Positions 50,211-63,533 of a stretch of 64,000 bases of DNA are shown here, piece by piece (positions within the stretch are counted from its first letter, which is position 1; every line of letters starts with the position of its first letter). The notes below the pieces were generated by a model that ran no database searches, was not told the origin of the DNA, and worked only from the letters and a program-made list of their open reading frames with translations. The stretch comes from an uncultured Spirochaetales bacterium (lineage in GTDB: Bacteria > UBP6 > UBA1177): assembly GCA_964630905.1 (NCBI GenBank), contig CAZVWR010000004.1:6775-70774 (forward strand), read 5' to 3'. Position numbers and translations under genes: made by a program.

Positions 50211-51479
50211 ATGGAGGAGACATTGAAAGTATTTAAGATTTACTTTCTCTCTCTGCTGCTTATTTTCGCTTTCCCGGTTTTAGCTCAGGAGAATGCCGGT
50301 GAAGGTGAGACAGAGCCTGAAAAATCAGTTTCGGAAGATACTGAGGATGATGTAGAGGAAGAAGAGGGTGAAGCAGAGAGCAAGGAAGAAAAACCTGCCG
50401 AAGCGAAACCTGAAGAGGTAAAGCCTGAAGAGGTAAAGCCTGCCGAAGTTAAGCCGGAACCCGTTGCGGAAACACCTGTGGCAACTCCGGAAGTAAGAGA
50501 AGAACCCAAGGTGGCAGTTAAAATCGAAGGCGAACCTGAAGGTGAAAAAGGTAAAGATGATGGTAAAGAAAAAGAGAACAAAAAGTTCAACATCAGCATC
50601 ATCAACGGTTTTTCACATGGGTTCGCAAAGGAAAGAAAATCTTTTTCCTATAATCTTACACTGGGAGCATCATATATGTTTCCGTGGCAGATAGCTTTTT
50701 CTGCGGATGTAGGTCTTAACGCTCTTTACAGATACGATCTTGATAATTCTATCCCGACAGAAGGCGGGTATGCAACTGATGAAAAGATCGATTCAGGGGT
50801 ATTTGACGGCACTCCGTTGAATCTGGGTCTTTCAAAAGCATTTCCTGTTGTATGGAATATAGGTGGAAATCTTGGCATCAGCGCAGGTCTTCCATTTACA
50901 TCAACTGAGCTCTGGGAGCAGTATAAGATTTACACTATGCTTACAGCAAGTCTCGGTTTTGCAAGACCCTTTAAAGTCGGAAAAGAAACTTCTGTTGTTC
51001 CGGCATTTAACTTTTCTTACACAAAAACATTTGCTAAATATGACTATGATACAGACCCTTATCAGAACACGATATCAAGCCCGATCAACGAACACACTTT
51101 TGTTCTGGGTTTGAATCTTTCTCTTGCTTACAAGGGGCTTAAGCTTGCCGTGAACGGTGGATATGTTATCTCGAGAAATTATTCAGTAACTTCAATGCCT
51201 GAAGATTGGTACGGTGACGGCGATCATCGTAAACAAGGAACTGTTTATCAGGATTGGAGTTATATTTTCAGTTTCGGAGCATCAATTTCATATTCTATTA
51301 AGGAATGGAGTTTCGGACTTGGCGTAAGAACCAATGCTCCGGAATATGACAGCGGCAACTATGTGGGATTTCCGACGGTTGCAGGTGATCCAGCGGTTGA
51401 CAACGGATCGGCGAACTACCCGTTCAAACCGAAATATACAAGAGTTTTTGCTAATATTGGCTATTCATACAGTTTCTAA
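50211..51479 (+). CDS. Outer-membrane beta-barrel protein with an acidic Glu/Pro/Lys-rich N-terminal region.
   Basis: Signal peptide, (KPEEV)-type low complexity, alternating amphipathic strands, and a terminal ...IGYSYSF. The start may be the TTG at 50223 after GGAGG. Confidence 0.55.
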   Translation: MEETLKVFKIYFLSLLLIFAFPVLAQENAGEGETEPEKSVSEDTEDDVEEEEGEAESKEEKPAEAKPEEVKPEEVKPAEVKPEPVAETPVATPEVREEPKVAVKIEGEPEGEKGKDDGKEKENKKFNISIINGFSHGFAKERKSFSYNLTLGASYMFPWQIAFSADVGLNALYRYDLDNSIPTEGGYATDEKIDSGVFDGTPLNLGLSKAFPVVWNIGGNLGISAGLPFTSTELWEQYKIYTMLTASLGFARPFKVGKETSVVPAFNFSYTKTFAKYDYDTDPYQNTISSPINEHTFVLGLNLSLAYKGLKLAVNGGYVISRNYSVTSMPEDWYGDGDHRKQGTVYQDWSYIFSFGASISYSIKEWSFGLGVRTNAPEYDSGNYVGFPTVAGDPAVDNGSANYPFKPKYTRVFANIGYSYSF

Positions 51480-51495
51480 TTAAGGAGGTTTTATT

Positions 51496-54400
51496 ATGAA
51501 CTGGATTAAAAGAGCATTTTCACTGCTTGTAGCTCTTGTTGTTGTAATGATAGCGGTATCATGTACAACTGAAAGAGATGCAGTGGACAAATCACCTGAA
51601 CTTTCTCTGGACAAGAGGTTGTTCGAAGGAGAATTTTTTCTCCGTCAGACCGTTTTTGATCTCCCGTATATTGCTGATTATGCGTTTATCGGTGAGTCGA
51701 ATGACGGTAAAATAATTAAGTGGAAAATTACCGAAAACTGGCTTGTTGCTTACAGTATCTGGGACAAATTGTCTGTTGTTGATACTAACGAAACAGTTGA
51801 TGTAAACGAAACACCCGTCTATGCGTATCCTATCGCTATGCATTATGACATTGTTCCAAGTGAGAATCCGACAACAGGAGAAGCGCTCCCTGTTCTTTCT
51901 ATTAACATGGACAGACCGTGGAATGAAAGGCGCTATTTTCAGCTTGCAACAAATACAAGAAGCGGTGTAAACAACTATGAACTTAAGTACATGGCGATGA
52001 CACAGGAATGGGACGGTCCTTTTTACAGAGCCGGTCTTACTACTGGAACAGATTGGGAATTCTATTCTCATGACGGTACTTTTATTGCACCGAAGAAATA
52101 TCGTGAATATACAGCTATTGCTGATGACAAAGAAAGATTCAATAAAGAAGTTGAATGGTTCCAGTTCTACTCTACTGAATATTTTCAGCCTGTTAATAAC
52201 TGGGACAGCATTTACACAATGGAAGATGTTGAAGAATTTATTGGAAACGAACCGGCAACAATTAAGTATAGATTCGTTTTCACAAAAGTGAACAGAGATG
52301 TTGTTGGAAAAAGAGACTATGATCTCGCAACAAAAAGTTATTTGTGGAAAAATGGTTCCAAAGATAACGGTTTCAGACCTCTTGAATTCAGAGATGAGCT
52401 TTTCCGTGAATATGGTTTTTTCACAAATACTTTCAGAGGTTACGACAACTATCACGGATACAAGATGGACAATGTCCATATTTTTGCAAATTACTGGAAT
52501 ATGGCTTGGGCCAACGAGAAGAAAGAGTGGAATTTCAAGTGTGGAGCAGGTGAAGTCTATGCTGATTGTCTTAAAAAGGTTAAATATCAGCAGAAAATAG
52601 TTTTTGTTTCATCACCGAAAACGCCACTTAGAATGATCCCTATAAACTGTGCAATTACAAAGGATTATAACCACGCAATGCTTGCTTCAAGGTATGCGGC
52701 AATGAATCCGGGAAGTGATACCCGTCAGTTTGAAAAATGGTATGTAGATAATTATGATAAGGACTTCTTTACTGAAATTAATGGTCAAAAAGTCCGTGAT
52801 CAGTACTGGTATCTTGGAAATCTGCCGGAAGATTGGGAAGAAAAATGTTTTGTTCCTGATGAATATGCTTGGATTCAGAGATGGGATGGTTCATTCATTG
52901 ATGAAAATGCGGATGGTACCGTTGATTCAGATGTGGAAAAAATCCTTGAAGAATATAAAAATGATTTGGTTGTAATGGTAAAAAATCATGTTGAAGCGTA
53001 TATTCCTGCAAGAGACGGAAAATCACTTTACGGTTTTGAAAACTATTATAATTTGTCAAACACAAGTCGTGAAAATGCGGCAAAAATCTGTGTAGAACCT
53101 GAAGAAGTTGCGAAATATAGAGAAGATGTTGCTATGCAGTTCTCAACATGTATCACTAATGATGAAGGAATGACTTCACTTTATGTTGATGAGGCTGGAA
53201 GAGCAGAGTGGAGAGGAGATCGCTGGAGTTGTAAAGTATATGCTGAAGACGATGCCTGCCCGGAAGGGACAGTAGAAGCAAAAGCGGCATGTGTTCTTAA
53301 CGAAGAAAGATCATGTGAAGTTGAAGATGGAGTTCCGGCACTCCGTTATAAATATGACAACGGTAATCCGAAAGCCGCTCTTATTAACTGGGTTGAAAAA
53401 CCCACAGAATACGGAATCCTCGGTGTTGCACAGTGGAATGTTAATCCGGAAACCGGAATGTCTATGGGTGCTGGTGCAAATATTGCAGGATCTGTTCTTG
53501 CATGGGCAACAGAAAGAGCCGTGGAAATGGCAAGAATGGTTATTTCAAAGGATGATCCTGCGGCTTGGGATTTCGAAGATCTTCTTAATCCTGATTATGC
53601 TCAATATCCTGAGGTTGCATGGAACAATAAACCTTCAACAATTGAGCCGAAATCTCTTACAGGAAGCAAAAGACTCGAGAATTCGTTTAGTATGATTAAC
53701 AAACCTTCCGCTAAATTAAACGCAAAGCTTCCTGTTGCATTCCAGCAGAATGTTTTTGATGAAATACAGGAAAAATTTGATTCAAAAACGAAGATGCAAG
53801 ACAGATTCGATTTTGCAGATATAAAAGATTCTAAATGGGAAAATGATATGGTTCCTTATTCCATTAAAAAATCACTTTTCCCATGGGCTGATCCCGCAAT
53901 GAATCCTACATATTCTGACGCTGAGAAAGAGATAATGCAGCCTTGGTTCGGCGGCCCAGAAATGATGAATGCGGCACTTTTAAGATTTACCGATGCAAGA
54001 GCTCGCGACTTTGATTATGATGAAAGCTTTATGGATGGAACAATAGTCAACTTCATAAAGGCAAAACAGCTTGAGCTTCGTGGAAAGATTACAGACTGGA
54101 ACAAGCCAAGTGGGCAGGATAAGTACGAACAGGCACTTATTTATTCAATTTATGATGAACTTGAAAAATTGATGTATAAAGGTGTTGCTCAGCATGAAAT
54201 GGGTCATGTAGTTGGTCTTAGACACAATTTTGCAGGTTCCACAGATAAGAATAATTATATAGATGGATTTTTCAGAACTGAAAACTATCCGGCACTTGAA
54301 CAGGAAATTGAAGAGCATGTAAGAACAAGGGTAGCTGAGTCTGTTAATTCAGATGATCTGAAAACTATTGGTGATGAAGTATGGAGAATAAAAAGAAGAT

Positions 54401-56997
54401 TTGAATCCGGAATGGGTTATTACATGTATAATTCTGTAATGGATTATCAGAGAGAAGCTTATATTCATGCAAACGGCCTTGGAAAATATGATGCTGCTGC
54501 ACTTAAATTTGTTTACGGCCGTTCAATTGAACAGTATAAGGTTGCAGGGGATGCACAGTATGGCGAGGTAGTTTTTGACGGAGACGCAAATGATCCTAAT
54601 CCGGAACTTGCCAACAAGGAGAGAGATCCTAATTATGCCGATTTTGTAAAGGTAAACACTCCTTTCATCGATGAAAAGACAGGTAAACTTGCGAAGGTTG
54701 AAAAACCGAGAGAGCTTTTTGAGTATTATGATGAAACAGGCAAAAAAGTAATGAGAATCGGTCCGAAATATAAGAGAAGTATGCTCGGAAGAATTCTTAC
54801 AAAAGATGATGTGCCTTTGAATAGTGGCGGAACTCCGCTTTTTGAGCATGACTGTGACGGATCAGATCCTGATCAGTATTACTGTGAACCCGATACGACA
54901 TATCTTGTAAATGACGGAAGTCACTATAAGTATGTGTTTGTTTCAGATGAAAAATCAAGAGAAGAACCGGCAGGTAATACTTTTGATGGCGGATACTCAG
55001 GTGCAGATATAATCCGTCAAATGACAGATATGGATCATATGTTCTATTATCTCAGATATTTCCAGAGAGGAAACCCGAGATTCAGAGATTTCCGTGGCAG
55101 AAACTCGATGAACATGATACTCGGATCACTTCTTAGACAGTATGTGTTTGTACACTTCCTGCTTGATTATAATTTCCACATTTATGGAAAGTGGTTTAGT
55201 TCGGTTCCTCTGTTTAACGACACACCTGAAACACCCAGAGGTTGTATTTCTACAGCTCTTGCAGATGATCCGAGTTACGGGCAGTATGTTTACACAATTC
55301 CTCTTGATGAAACAACATTCCTGCCGGTTGAAAATCATATGTGTGAAGACCTTTCGATGGCCCTTGCAGGAAACGAGTACTGGATTGATAAGTTCGATAA
55401 TGTCAGATCTGTTACTCCTTTTGGTGCCGGCGACCATGTTATTGCAGGCATGAAGGGTATTCAGTATCTTCTTTTTGACAGCATGTACAGACCTAATAAA
55501 GGAAAATATGTTCGTCAGCTTGTTAAAACGGCACCTCACTTTGAGCGTTTCGGGTATGATGACTGTAATCAGGAAGAGGATTGTCAGTTAACTGGAAAAA
55601 CCGGTAAATATTTCTGTAATCTTGCGACTCTTCCGGAAAATGCGCAGGCAGACCACTGCGGTTTCAATAAATGTTGTCTCAAGATTGAGATCTATGAAAA
55701 AGAGAATAATGAGAGATCAAATTATGAAGTCAGGAACGATGTTCTTGAATTTGATCAGGATCAGATGTATGTGAGTATGGATAACTATATCCCAGGAATT
55801 GAAGACGAAACAGAAATATTCGGATTTGATTCCAACATGATTGATGTGCCTGCTTCAATAGGAAGATATCACAGAGACCGTTTTGATATTCAGGACAACC
55901 CCGGAATTTACTATGACAAAGTTATAAGGAGAGGATACGCTCCTGAAAAAATGGTTACTCTGTTCACTCTTTCAAATTCAGGATGGCTTGATGGAAAATA
56001 CTCAAGAGAAAGCAGAGCTAACGGTCTTTCCAATATGTTCCCGGGTCTTGAAAATGTTATATTCAATGTCCTTTCTGATATTGCTACAGAAGAATCTGTA
56101 ATGAGTTTCACCCCTTACTGTATTGATACTTATGTCGGTGGAAAAGTTACCAGAGTTAATCTGCCGGTAAATCTTCTTACAAATTTCGGTGCTACTCCCG
56201 AATTCTGGACCGGTTCACAAGAAGAAGGCATGTATGATCCTGCAAGAAATATTTGTTCAAAGGTTGATAAAAATGATCCATCCCGTTATGTTCCTGTTCA
56301 CGCAGGATGGGTCTATTTTGACAAAATGTGGCCGAATTACTGGGCTATGGGAAATCTGGCAAACATCTCTGCTGACACATCAGTTCTCAGAAGATGGACA
56401 AGCAATTTTATCCCGAGACACGAAAGATCTCTCTATGCCGAAGTTGATGTAAATGAAGAGGAATTCCTCAATAAAGATGAGAATGGCTATTACAGGGCAA
56501 GAATCCCTGCAAGCGCAATGGACAATGCTGATGCATATGCTTACAGAGAATGGGGTAAATGCAGAGAAGCGATTCTGGAAGTCAATAAGAATGCTGATGT
56601 TTCAGGATGTATAACAAAAGCTGTATGGCCGGTTTGGAAGCTTAAGGAATTTGTTCTTGCTAACAATCCGGCAATTGCCGCTATTGAAAATCCGGAAGAA
56701 CAGGAAGCAGCAGTTGCAGCTGAAGTTGAAAGAATGCAGAATGATGATGAAGACCTGAGATTTGATAGTGTTGAAGAGTTTAAACTGTTCCTTACACAGA
56801 AATATGCAAGATACTCTCCATCTTTTAGAATTGTTGTAAATGCAAAACTTCTTAAAGAGAAAGAGTTGATTGATGCATCTTCAGGTTCAAGAGAGCCTTA
56901 CAGCCGCCTTGAAATAATGGAGACAACCCTTGATCAGCTTAACAGCTTTGCTGCTGATCAATTCGGTACAGCTGCTTTCTATGTACAGCGCTATTGA
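51496..56997 (+). CDS. 1833 aa lipoprotein of the metzincin zinc metalloprotease superfamily.
   Basis: Lipobox MIAVSC, the HEMGHVVGLRHNF (HExxHxxGxxH) motif and a downstream Met-turn candidate NSVMDYQ. Confidence 0.75.
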   Translation: MNWIKRAFSLLVALVVVMIAVSCTTERDAVDKSPELSLDKRLFEGEFFLRQTVFDLPYIADYAFIGESNDGKIIKWKITENWLVAYSIWDKLSVVDTNETVDVNETPVYAYPIAMHYDIVPSENPTTGEALPVLSINMDRPWNERRYFQLATNTRSGVNNYELKYMAMTQEWDGPFYRAGLTTGTDWEFYSHDGTFIAPKKYREYTAIADDKERFNKEVEWFQFYSTEYFQPVNNWDSIYTMEDVEEFIGNEPATIKYRFVFTKVNRDVVGKRDYDLATKSYLWKNGSKDNGFRPLEFRDELFREYGFFTNTFRGYDNYHGYKMDNVHIFANYWNMAWANEKKEWNFKCGAGEVYADCLKKVKYQQKIVFVSSPKTPLRMIPINCAITKDYNHAMLASRYAAMNPGSDTRQFEKWYVDNYDKDFFTEINGQKVRDQYWYLGNLPEDWEEKCFVPDEYAWIQRWDGSFIDENADGTVDSDVEKILEEYKNDLVVMVKNHVEAYIPARDGKSLYGFENYYNLSNTSRENAAKICVEPEEVAKYREDVAMQFSTCITNDEGMTSLYVDEAGRAEWRGDRWSCKVYAEDDACPEGTVEAKAACVLNEERSCEVEDGVPALRYKYDNGNPKAALINWVEKPTEYGILGVAQWNVNPETGMSMGAGANIAGSVLAWATERAVEMARMVISKDDPAAWDFEDLLNPDYAQYPEVAWNNKPSTIEPKSLTGSKRLENSFSMINKPSAKLNAKLPVAFQQNVFDEIQEKFDSKTKMQDRFDFADIKDSKWENDMVPYSIKKSLFPWADPAMNPTYSDAEKEIMQPWFGGPEMMNAALLRFTDARARDFDYDESFMDGTIVNFIKAKQLELRGKITDWNKPSGQDKYEQALIYSIYDELEKLMYKGVAQHEMGHVVGLRHNFAGSTDKNNYIDGFFRTENYPALEQEIEEHVRTRVAESVNSDDLKTIGDEVWRIKRRFESGMGYYMYNSVMDYQREAYIHANGLGKYDAAALKFVYGRSIEQYKVAGDAQYGEVVFDGDANDPNPELANKERDPNYADFVKVNTPFIDEKTGKLAKVEKPRELFEYYDETGKKVMRIGPKYKRSMLGRILTKDDVPLNSGGTPLFEHDCDGSDPDQYYCEPDTTYLVNDGSHYKYVFVSDEKSREEPAGNTFDGGYSGADIIRQMTDMDHMFYYLRYFQRGNPRFRDFRGRNSMNMILGSLLRQYVFVHFLLDYNFHIYGKWFSSVPLFNDTPETPRGCISTALADDPSYGQYVYTIPLDETTFLPVENHMCEDLSMALAGNEYWIDKFDNVRSVTPFGAGDHVIAGMKGIQYLLFDSMYRPNKGKYVRQLVKTAPHFERFGYDDCNQEEDCQLTGKTGKYFCNLATLPENAQADHCGFNKCCLKIEIYEKENNERSNYEVRNDVLEFDQDQMYVSMDNYIPGIEDETEIFGFDSNMIDVPASIGRYHRDRFDIQDNPGIYYDKVIRRGYAPEKMVTLFTLSNSGWLDGKYSRESRANGLSNMFPGLENVIFNVLSDIATEESVMSFTPYCIDTYVGGKVTRVNLPVNLLTNFGATPEFWTGSQEEGMYDPARNICSKVDKNDPSRYVPVHAGWVYFDKMWPNYWAMGNLANISADTSVLRRWTSNFIPRHERSLYAEVDVNEEEFLNKDENGYYRARIPASAMDNADAYAYREWGKCREAILEVNKNADVSGCITKAVWPVWKLKEFVLANNPAIAAIENPEEQEAAVAAEVERMQNDDEDLRFDSVEEFKLFLTQKYARYSPSFRIVVNAKLLKEKELIDASSGSREPYSRLEIMETTLDQLNSFAADQFGTAAFYVQRY

Positions 56998-57024
56998 TAA
57001 TTTCTAAAGAATTGATTTTTCAAA

Positions 57025-57047
57025 GGGGGCTTCGGCCCCCTTTTTTT
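57025..57047 (+). terminator. Rho-independent terminator GGGGGC-TTCG-GCCCCC followed by T7.
   Basis: A perfect GC stem with a tetraloop and a T tract, 28 nt after the metzincin stop. Confidence 0.8.
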
Positions 57048-57129
57048 ATTAAAATGTTTTATTATTCTTCAACAAGTTAAACCACTTAAATAAAAATGAC
57101 ACTCGAGTACAGAAAACAGGGATAACTTC

Positions 57130-57158
57130 TTGACAGGATAGAGAAAATCTGGTACATT
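57130..57158 (+). promoter_or_regulatory. Candidate promoter for the FadL-like gene.
   Basis: TTGACA (57130-57135), a 17 nt spacer, then TACATT (57153-57158). Confidence 0.4.
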
Positions 57159-57195
57159 AATCTGCTGTGGATGTTGTTTATTAAAGGGAAAAGAC

Positions 57196-59946
<2,751 letters not shown>

Positions 59947-60058
59947 CCATTCATCCGCCCAATCATTTTTTAATTAAATAGACACTGTTTTCTCTTGATT
60001 TTTTTATTTTCTGATGTTAGTTTCGCGCGTTAATGTTAATTAAATCATAAAGAACGGC

Positions 60059-60090
60059 TTGTATATAAACGATAATGTTGTTTATATCCT
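60059..60090. promoter_or_regulatory. Imperfect inverted repeat TTGTATATAAAC-N7-GTTTATATCC, a candidate operator upstream of the XRE repressor gene.
   Basis: The 10 bp arms match at 9 of 10 positions. It ends 13 nt before the GGAGG/ATG at 60104. Confidence 0.35.
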
Positions 60091-60103
60091 ACAGGAGGAT
60101 GAT

Positions 60104-60697
60104 ATGAATTATGGAAAAAAGATTAAAGAAATTCGCATTATGTTGAAGATTAATCAGAAGGAAATGGCAAAAGAACTTGGAATTTCACAGTCTTATCTTT
60201 GTGCAATTGAGAGTGGAACAAAGAGGCCCAATGGCAACACTATACTAAAACTGGCAGACAGATTTCATGTTAACTGTTCCTGGCTGATAAATGAAACAGA
60301 GCCCGTTTTTATAAACAAGGATGATATTGCTTATATTAAATCGGCCGAGATCAATGACAAAAGCCCGGCTTATAACTTTCCTGTCTTAAAGAATTATCTG
60401 GAATCCACATTAGGTGTCAGCGGGGAAAAACTTAATTTTCACAGAGTGGTTTCCGATAACATGGAACCTGCAATAATGAGAGATGATGTTGTACTTGTTG
60501 ATACTTCTGAAAAGTCCTGTGATTCAGAAGGCATCTATCTTTTTAAAATTGATTCCAGAAAAGTTTTAGGAAGAATAGTCTTTTCACCCCAGAAACACAT
60601 CATAAACGATAACCCGTCAATAAAAAACAGCAGCAGAATATTGGATTCATCGATGGAGTGCATTGGGAAAATCATCTGGTTTTGCAGGAAGATCTGA
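60104..60697 (+). CDS. XRE-family helix-turn-helix repressor with a C-terminal S24 (LexA/CI-like) domain.
   Basis: Helix-turn-helix INQKEMAKELGISQSYLCAIESG. The S24 segment is VVSDNMEPAIMRDDVVLVD...SRKVLGRIVF. In the GDSM position the nucleophile is Asn (SDNM). Confidence 0.75.
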   Translation: MNYGKKIKEIRIMLKINQKEMAKELGISQSYLCAIESGTKRPNGNTILKLADRFHVNCSWLINETEPVFINKDDIAYIKSAEINDKSPAYNFPVLKNYLESTLGVSGEKLNFHRVVSDNMEPAIMRDDVVLVDTSEKSCDSEGIYLFKIDSRKVLGRIVFSPQKHIINDNPSIKNSSRILDSSMECIGKIIWFCRKI

Positions 60698-60716
60698 TAA
60701 TTTCTAAAATATGATA

Positions 60717-60745
60717 TTGACAAATTAGCCTAAGCTAACTATATT
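60717..60745 (+). promoter_or_regulatory. Candidate feoAB promoter.
   Basis: TTGACA (60717-60722), a 17 nt spacer, then TATATT (60740-60745). Confidence 0.4.
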
Positions 60746-60772
60746 CCTAATGGTTAATTTTTGGAGTTTGTC

Positions 60773-60997
60773 ATGTTTCTTTCTGATCTTAAAAATGGTG
60801 ATAACGGTGTTGTGGAATCTATTGACTCCGGTCTTCGTCTTTTCAACCGTCTTGCATCAATGGGTATTTGTGAAGGAAAGGAGTTGAAGGTTGTTAAGAA
60901 CAGCGGGGACGGTCCGGTTGTTATCGATGTTGAAGGGAGCAGATACGCTATCGGCAGAGGAATGGCTGAAAAAATTATTATAAGAAAAAAAACATGA
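60773..60997 (+). CDS. feoA: Ferrous iron transport protein A.
   Basis: 74 aa SH3-like FeoA (GDNGVVESI...GICEGKELKVV). Confidence 0.8.
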   Translation: MFLSDLKNGDNGVVESIDSGLRLFNRLASMGICEGKELKVVKNSGDGPVVIDVEGSRYAIGRGMAEKIIIRKKT

Positions 60998-63027
60998 AAA
61001 AGATAAATATTGCCATCGCAGGAAACCCGAATGTAGGCAAAAGCACCCTTTTTAATCAGATCTCGGGAAGCGATCAGCATGTAGGAAATTATCCCGGTGT
61101 CACAGTTGAAAGGAAGGAAGGTAGAGTCAGTTTCAAAGATTATGAGCTGACGGTTATAGATCTGCCCGGAATATACTCAATGAATGCTTTTTCTCCTGAA
61201 GAAATAGTCACAAGAAATTATATAGCGGAAGAAAAACCGGATGTTATAATTAATATTGTTGACGCTTCAAATCTTGAAAAAAATCTGTATCTTACACTGC
61301 AAATTCTGGAAATGAAAGTTCCAGTTGTCCTTTTTCTGAACATGCTCGATTCAGCTGAAATGAAGGGGATTGGTATTTCAAGGGAGATTCTTGAAAAAGA
61401 GGTCGAGACACCGGTTATTGAAGGAATAGCAAAAAAAGGGACCGGAATAAACGAAGTTCTTGAAAAATGTATTGAAATATATGAGAAAAAACCTCCTCTG
61501 GCTTTTGTTCCTTATTCTGAAATGGTTGGCAGGTATATTTCAAGAATAAAGAAAGCTATTGAGCTGGAATCACCCGAAATTGCAAAAGATTGGAGAGCAA
61601 TACGGTTTATTGAAGGAAGTCTTATAGAAAGAAAATATCACAGCAGTGAAGTCCTTCATAAGATTCATGAAATAATACAGGATCTTATGAATGAAACAGG
61701 TCACAGGATCCATTCTATGGTCATGGTTCAGGAAAGATATCGTCTAATCACAAACATTGTTAAAAGGTCAATGTGCATTTCATGTGTGAAAAAAGAAGAT
61801 GCTACTGATAAAATTGATAAGATCGTTCTTCATAAGATCTGGTCTATGCCGCTGTTTATTTTAATGCTTTTTGTTCTTTTCCAGATTGTTTTCACTCTTG
61901 GTGAACCGCTTGAGAATCTCCTCGCTCTGATGTTTGATCAGTTGGGCGGTTTTGCCGGTTCTTTCTGGACTGAAGGTTCAGATTCGTTATTAAAAAGTCT
62001 TGTTGTTGAAGGAATAATCGGCGGGGTAGGGGGCATACTTGTTTTTGCTCCTTATATTTTTCTTGTTTTCATGGCAATATCGATGCTTGAGGATTCCGGC
62101 TATTTATCAAGAGTAGCAGTCATAATGGATAAGTGGATGGGAAAATTGGGACTCAGCGGCAAAAGTTTCATGCCGATGATACTTGGTTTCGGTTGCACTG
62201 TTCCTGCTGTAATGGGTGCAAGAATTATAGAAAACAAATTTGAACGGCTTGCAACGATAATGGTCATCCCTTTTATGAGTTGCGGAGCAAGGCTTCCGGT
62301 CTATCTTCTCATAATATCAGCGTTTGTCCCTTTGAAATTCCAGGCGGTTGCCCTTATATTGGTATATGCAACGGGTGTTTTTGTAGCGGCTGTAAGTGCA
62401 AAGATACTCCGGTTGACCATTTTTAAAGGTGAAGAAAACCCTTTAATAATTGAACTGCCCAAATATTCCACACCGTCTTTAAAATCGGTTTGGATGCTCA
62501 CATGGCACAGGGGAAAACACTTTCTTGAAAAAGCGGGAACAATAATTCTTTTTGCAAGCATAGTGCTTTGGGTGCTCAACACTTTCCCTCGTATGGACGA
62601 CAGGGATTTGACAGGGTTAAGTAAGAATCAGATTGCTCTTGATGCAGCTGAAAACTCTTTTTCAGGAAGGATTGGAAAAGCGATAGAACCGGCATTTAAA
62701 ATAATGGATGCAGATTGGAAGGTCGCGAGCTCTTTTCTTGCAAGTTTAGCCGCCAAAGAGCTGTTTGTTTCACAGATGTCGATTCTGCATGCAATGGGTA
62801 ACGAAGATGAAAATTCAGCCGCTTTGCAGAACAAATTCAAAGAGGAATATTCCCTTGCAACCGCAATAGCGATCATACTTTTTATTCTTCTTTCAGCTCC
62901 GTGCGTTGCAACATTTGCCGCCGTGAAAGTTGAGACCGGATCATGGTTCTGGCCGACAGTTCAGTATGCCGGGATGATCATAATTGCCTATTTTGCCGCC
63001 TTAGCCGGATTTTTCATTTTTAAATAA
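60994..63027 (+). CDS. feoB: Ferrous iron transporter FeoB.
   Basis: N-terminal G-domain with GNPNVGKSTLFN and DLPG, plus a membrane domain with gate motifs. The ATGA overlap couples it to feoA. Confidence 0.9.
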   Translation: MKKINIAIAGNPNVGKSTLFNQISGSDQHVGNYPGVTVERKEGRVSFKDYELTVIDLPGIYSMNAFSPEEIVTRNYIAEEKPDVIINIVDASNLEKNLYLTLQILEMKVPVVLFLNMLDSAEMKGIGISREILEKEVETPVIEGIAKKGTGINEVLEKCIEIYEKKPPLAFVPYSEMVGRYISRIKKAIELESPEIAKDWRAIRFIEGSLIERKYHSSEVLHKIHEIIQDLMNETGHRIHSMVMVQERYRLITNIVKRSMCISCVKKEDATDKIDKIVLHKIWSMPLFILMLFVLFQIVFTLGEPLENLLALMFDQLGGFAGSFWTEGSDSLLKSLVVEGIIGGVGGILVFAPYIFLVFMAISMLEDSGYLSRVAVIMDKWMGKLGLSGKSFMPMILGFGCTVPAVMGARIIENKFERLATIMVIPFMSCGARLPVYLLIISAFVPLKFQAVALILVYATGVFVAAVSAKILRLTIFKGEENPLIIELPKYSTPSLKSVWMLTWHRGKHFLEKAGTIILFASIVLWVLNTFPRMDDRDLTGLSKNQIALDAAENSFSGRIGKAIEPAFKIMDADWKVASSFLASLAAKELFVSQMSILHAMGNEDENSAALQNKFKEEYSLATAIAIILFILLSAPCVATFAAVKVETGSWFWPTVQYAGMIIIAYFAALAGFFIFK

Positions 63028-63030
63028 AAA

Positions 63031-63053
63031 AACCCGGCCAGTTTGACCGGGTT
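63031..63053. terminator. Hairpin AACCCGG-N9-CCGGGTT between convergent feoB and hsp20, with the T tract in the minus orientation.
   Basis: A 7 bp stem. The complement of AAAAAATAAA gives a T-run downstream of hsp20, while the plus-side T-run is weak. Confidence 0.55.
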
Positions 63054-63074
63054 TATGAACTGTTTTCACTGATG

Positions 63075-63533
63075 TCATTTGATGTCAATTTTCTTTTTGG
63101 CTTTGTCTTCACTTTTCGGGATTGAAAGGAAAAGGATCCCGTTTTCATATTTTGCATCGGCATCGTCAGGATTTACATGTTCAGGCAGAGTGAACGACCT
63201 TGAAAAAGATCCGCTGTACGATTCTTTTCTGAAAACATTTCCACTCTTTTCCTCTCTTTCCTCTTTCTTTTCCCCGCTTATTGTAAGAACTCTGTTGTCG
63301 ATCTCAATGGAAACATCCTCTTTTTTCACACCGGGAAGTTCAGCTTTGAAAACATAAGAGTTCTCATTTTCCTCGATGTCAACTTTCGGGTAGATCGAGC
63401 CGGCGGGGATTCTTTCCAGATTGTTGTTGAAGAACTCACTGAAAAGATCTTCCATCCAGTTGTTAAATGATCCGGGAACCATTCTGTTCGGTTCCCTGTA
63501 ACGAACGATCTTCATAATTAACCTCCATTTCAA
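63075..63533 (-). CDS. Small heat-shock protein (Hsp20/alpha-crystallin).
   Basis: Alpha-crystallin domain (FKAELPGVKKEDVSIEIDNRVLTISGEK...GILFLSIPK). The start is possibly at the internal MKIV. Confidence 0.85.
   Translation of the reverse strand: MKWRLIMKIVRYREPNRMVPGSFNNWMEDLFSEFFNNNLERIPAGSIYPKVDIEENENSYVFKAELPGVKKEDVSIEIDNRVLTISGEKKEEREEKSGNVFRKESYSGSFSRSFTLPEHVNPDDADAKYENGILFLSIPKSEDKAKKKIDIK

Noticed and set aside
51592-52479. A 295 aa minus-strand ORF inside the metzincin gene.
   Set aside because: It is antisense to a long, well-supported ORF and has no ribosome-binding site or domain signal.
60700-60745. Fur box in the feoA promoter (AAATATGATATTGACAAATT).
   Set aside because: It is only a partial match to GATAATGATAATCATTATC. 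The element overlaps the -35 as Fur boxes often do, but the similarity is too weak to call without a lineage-specific motif.
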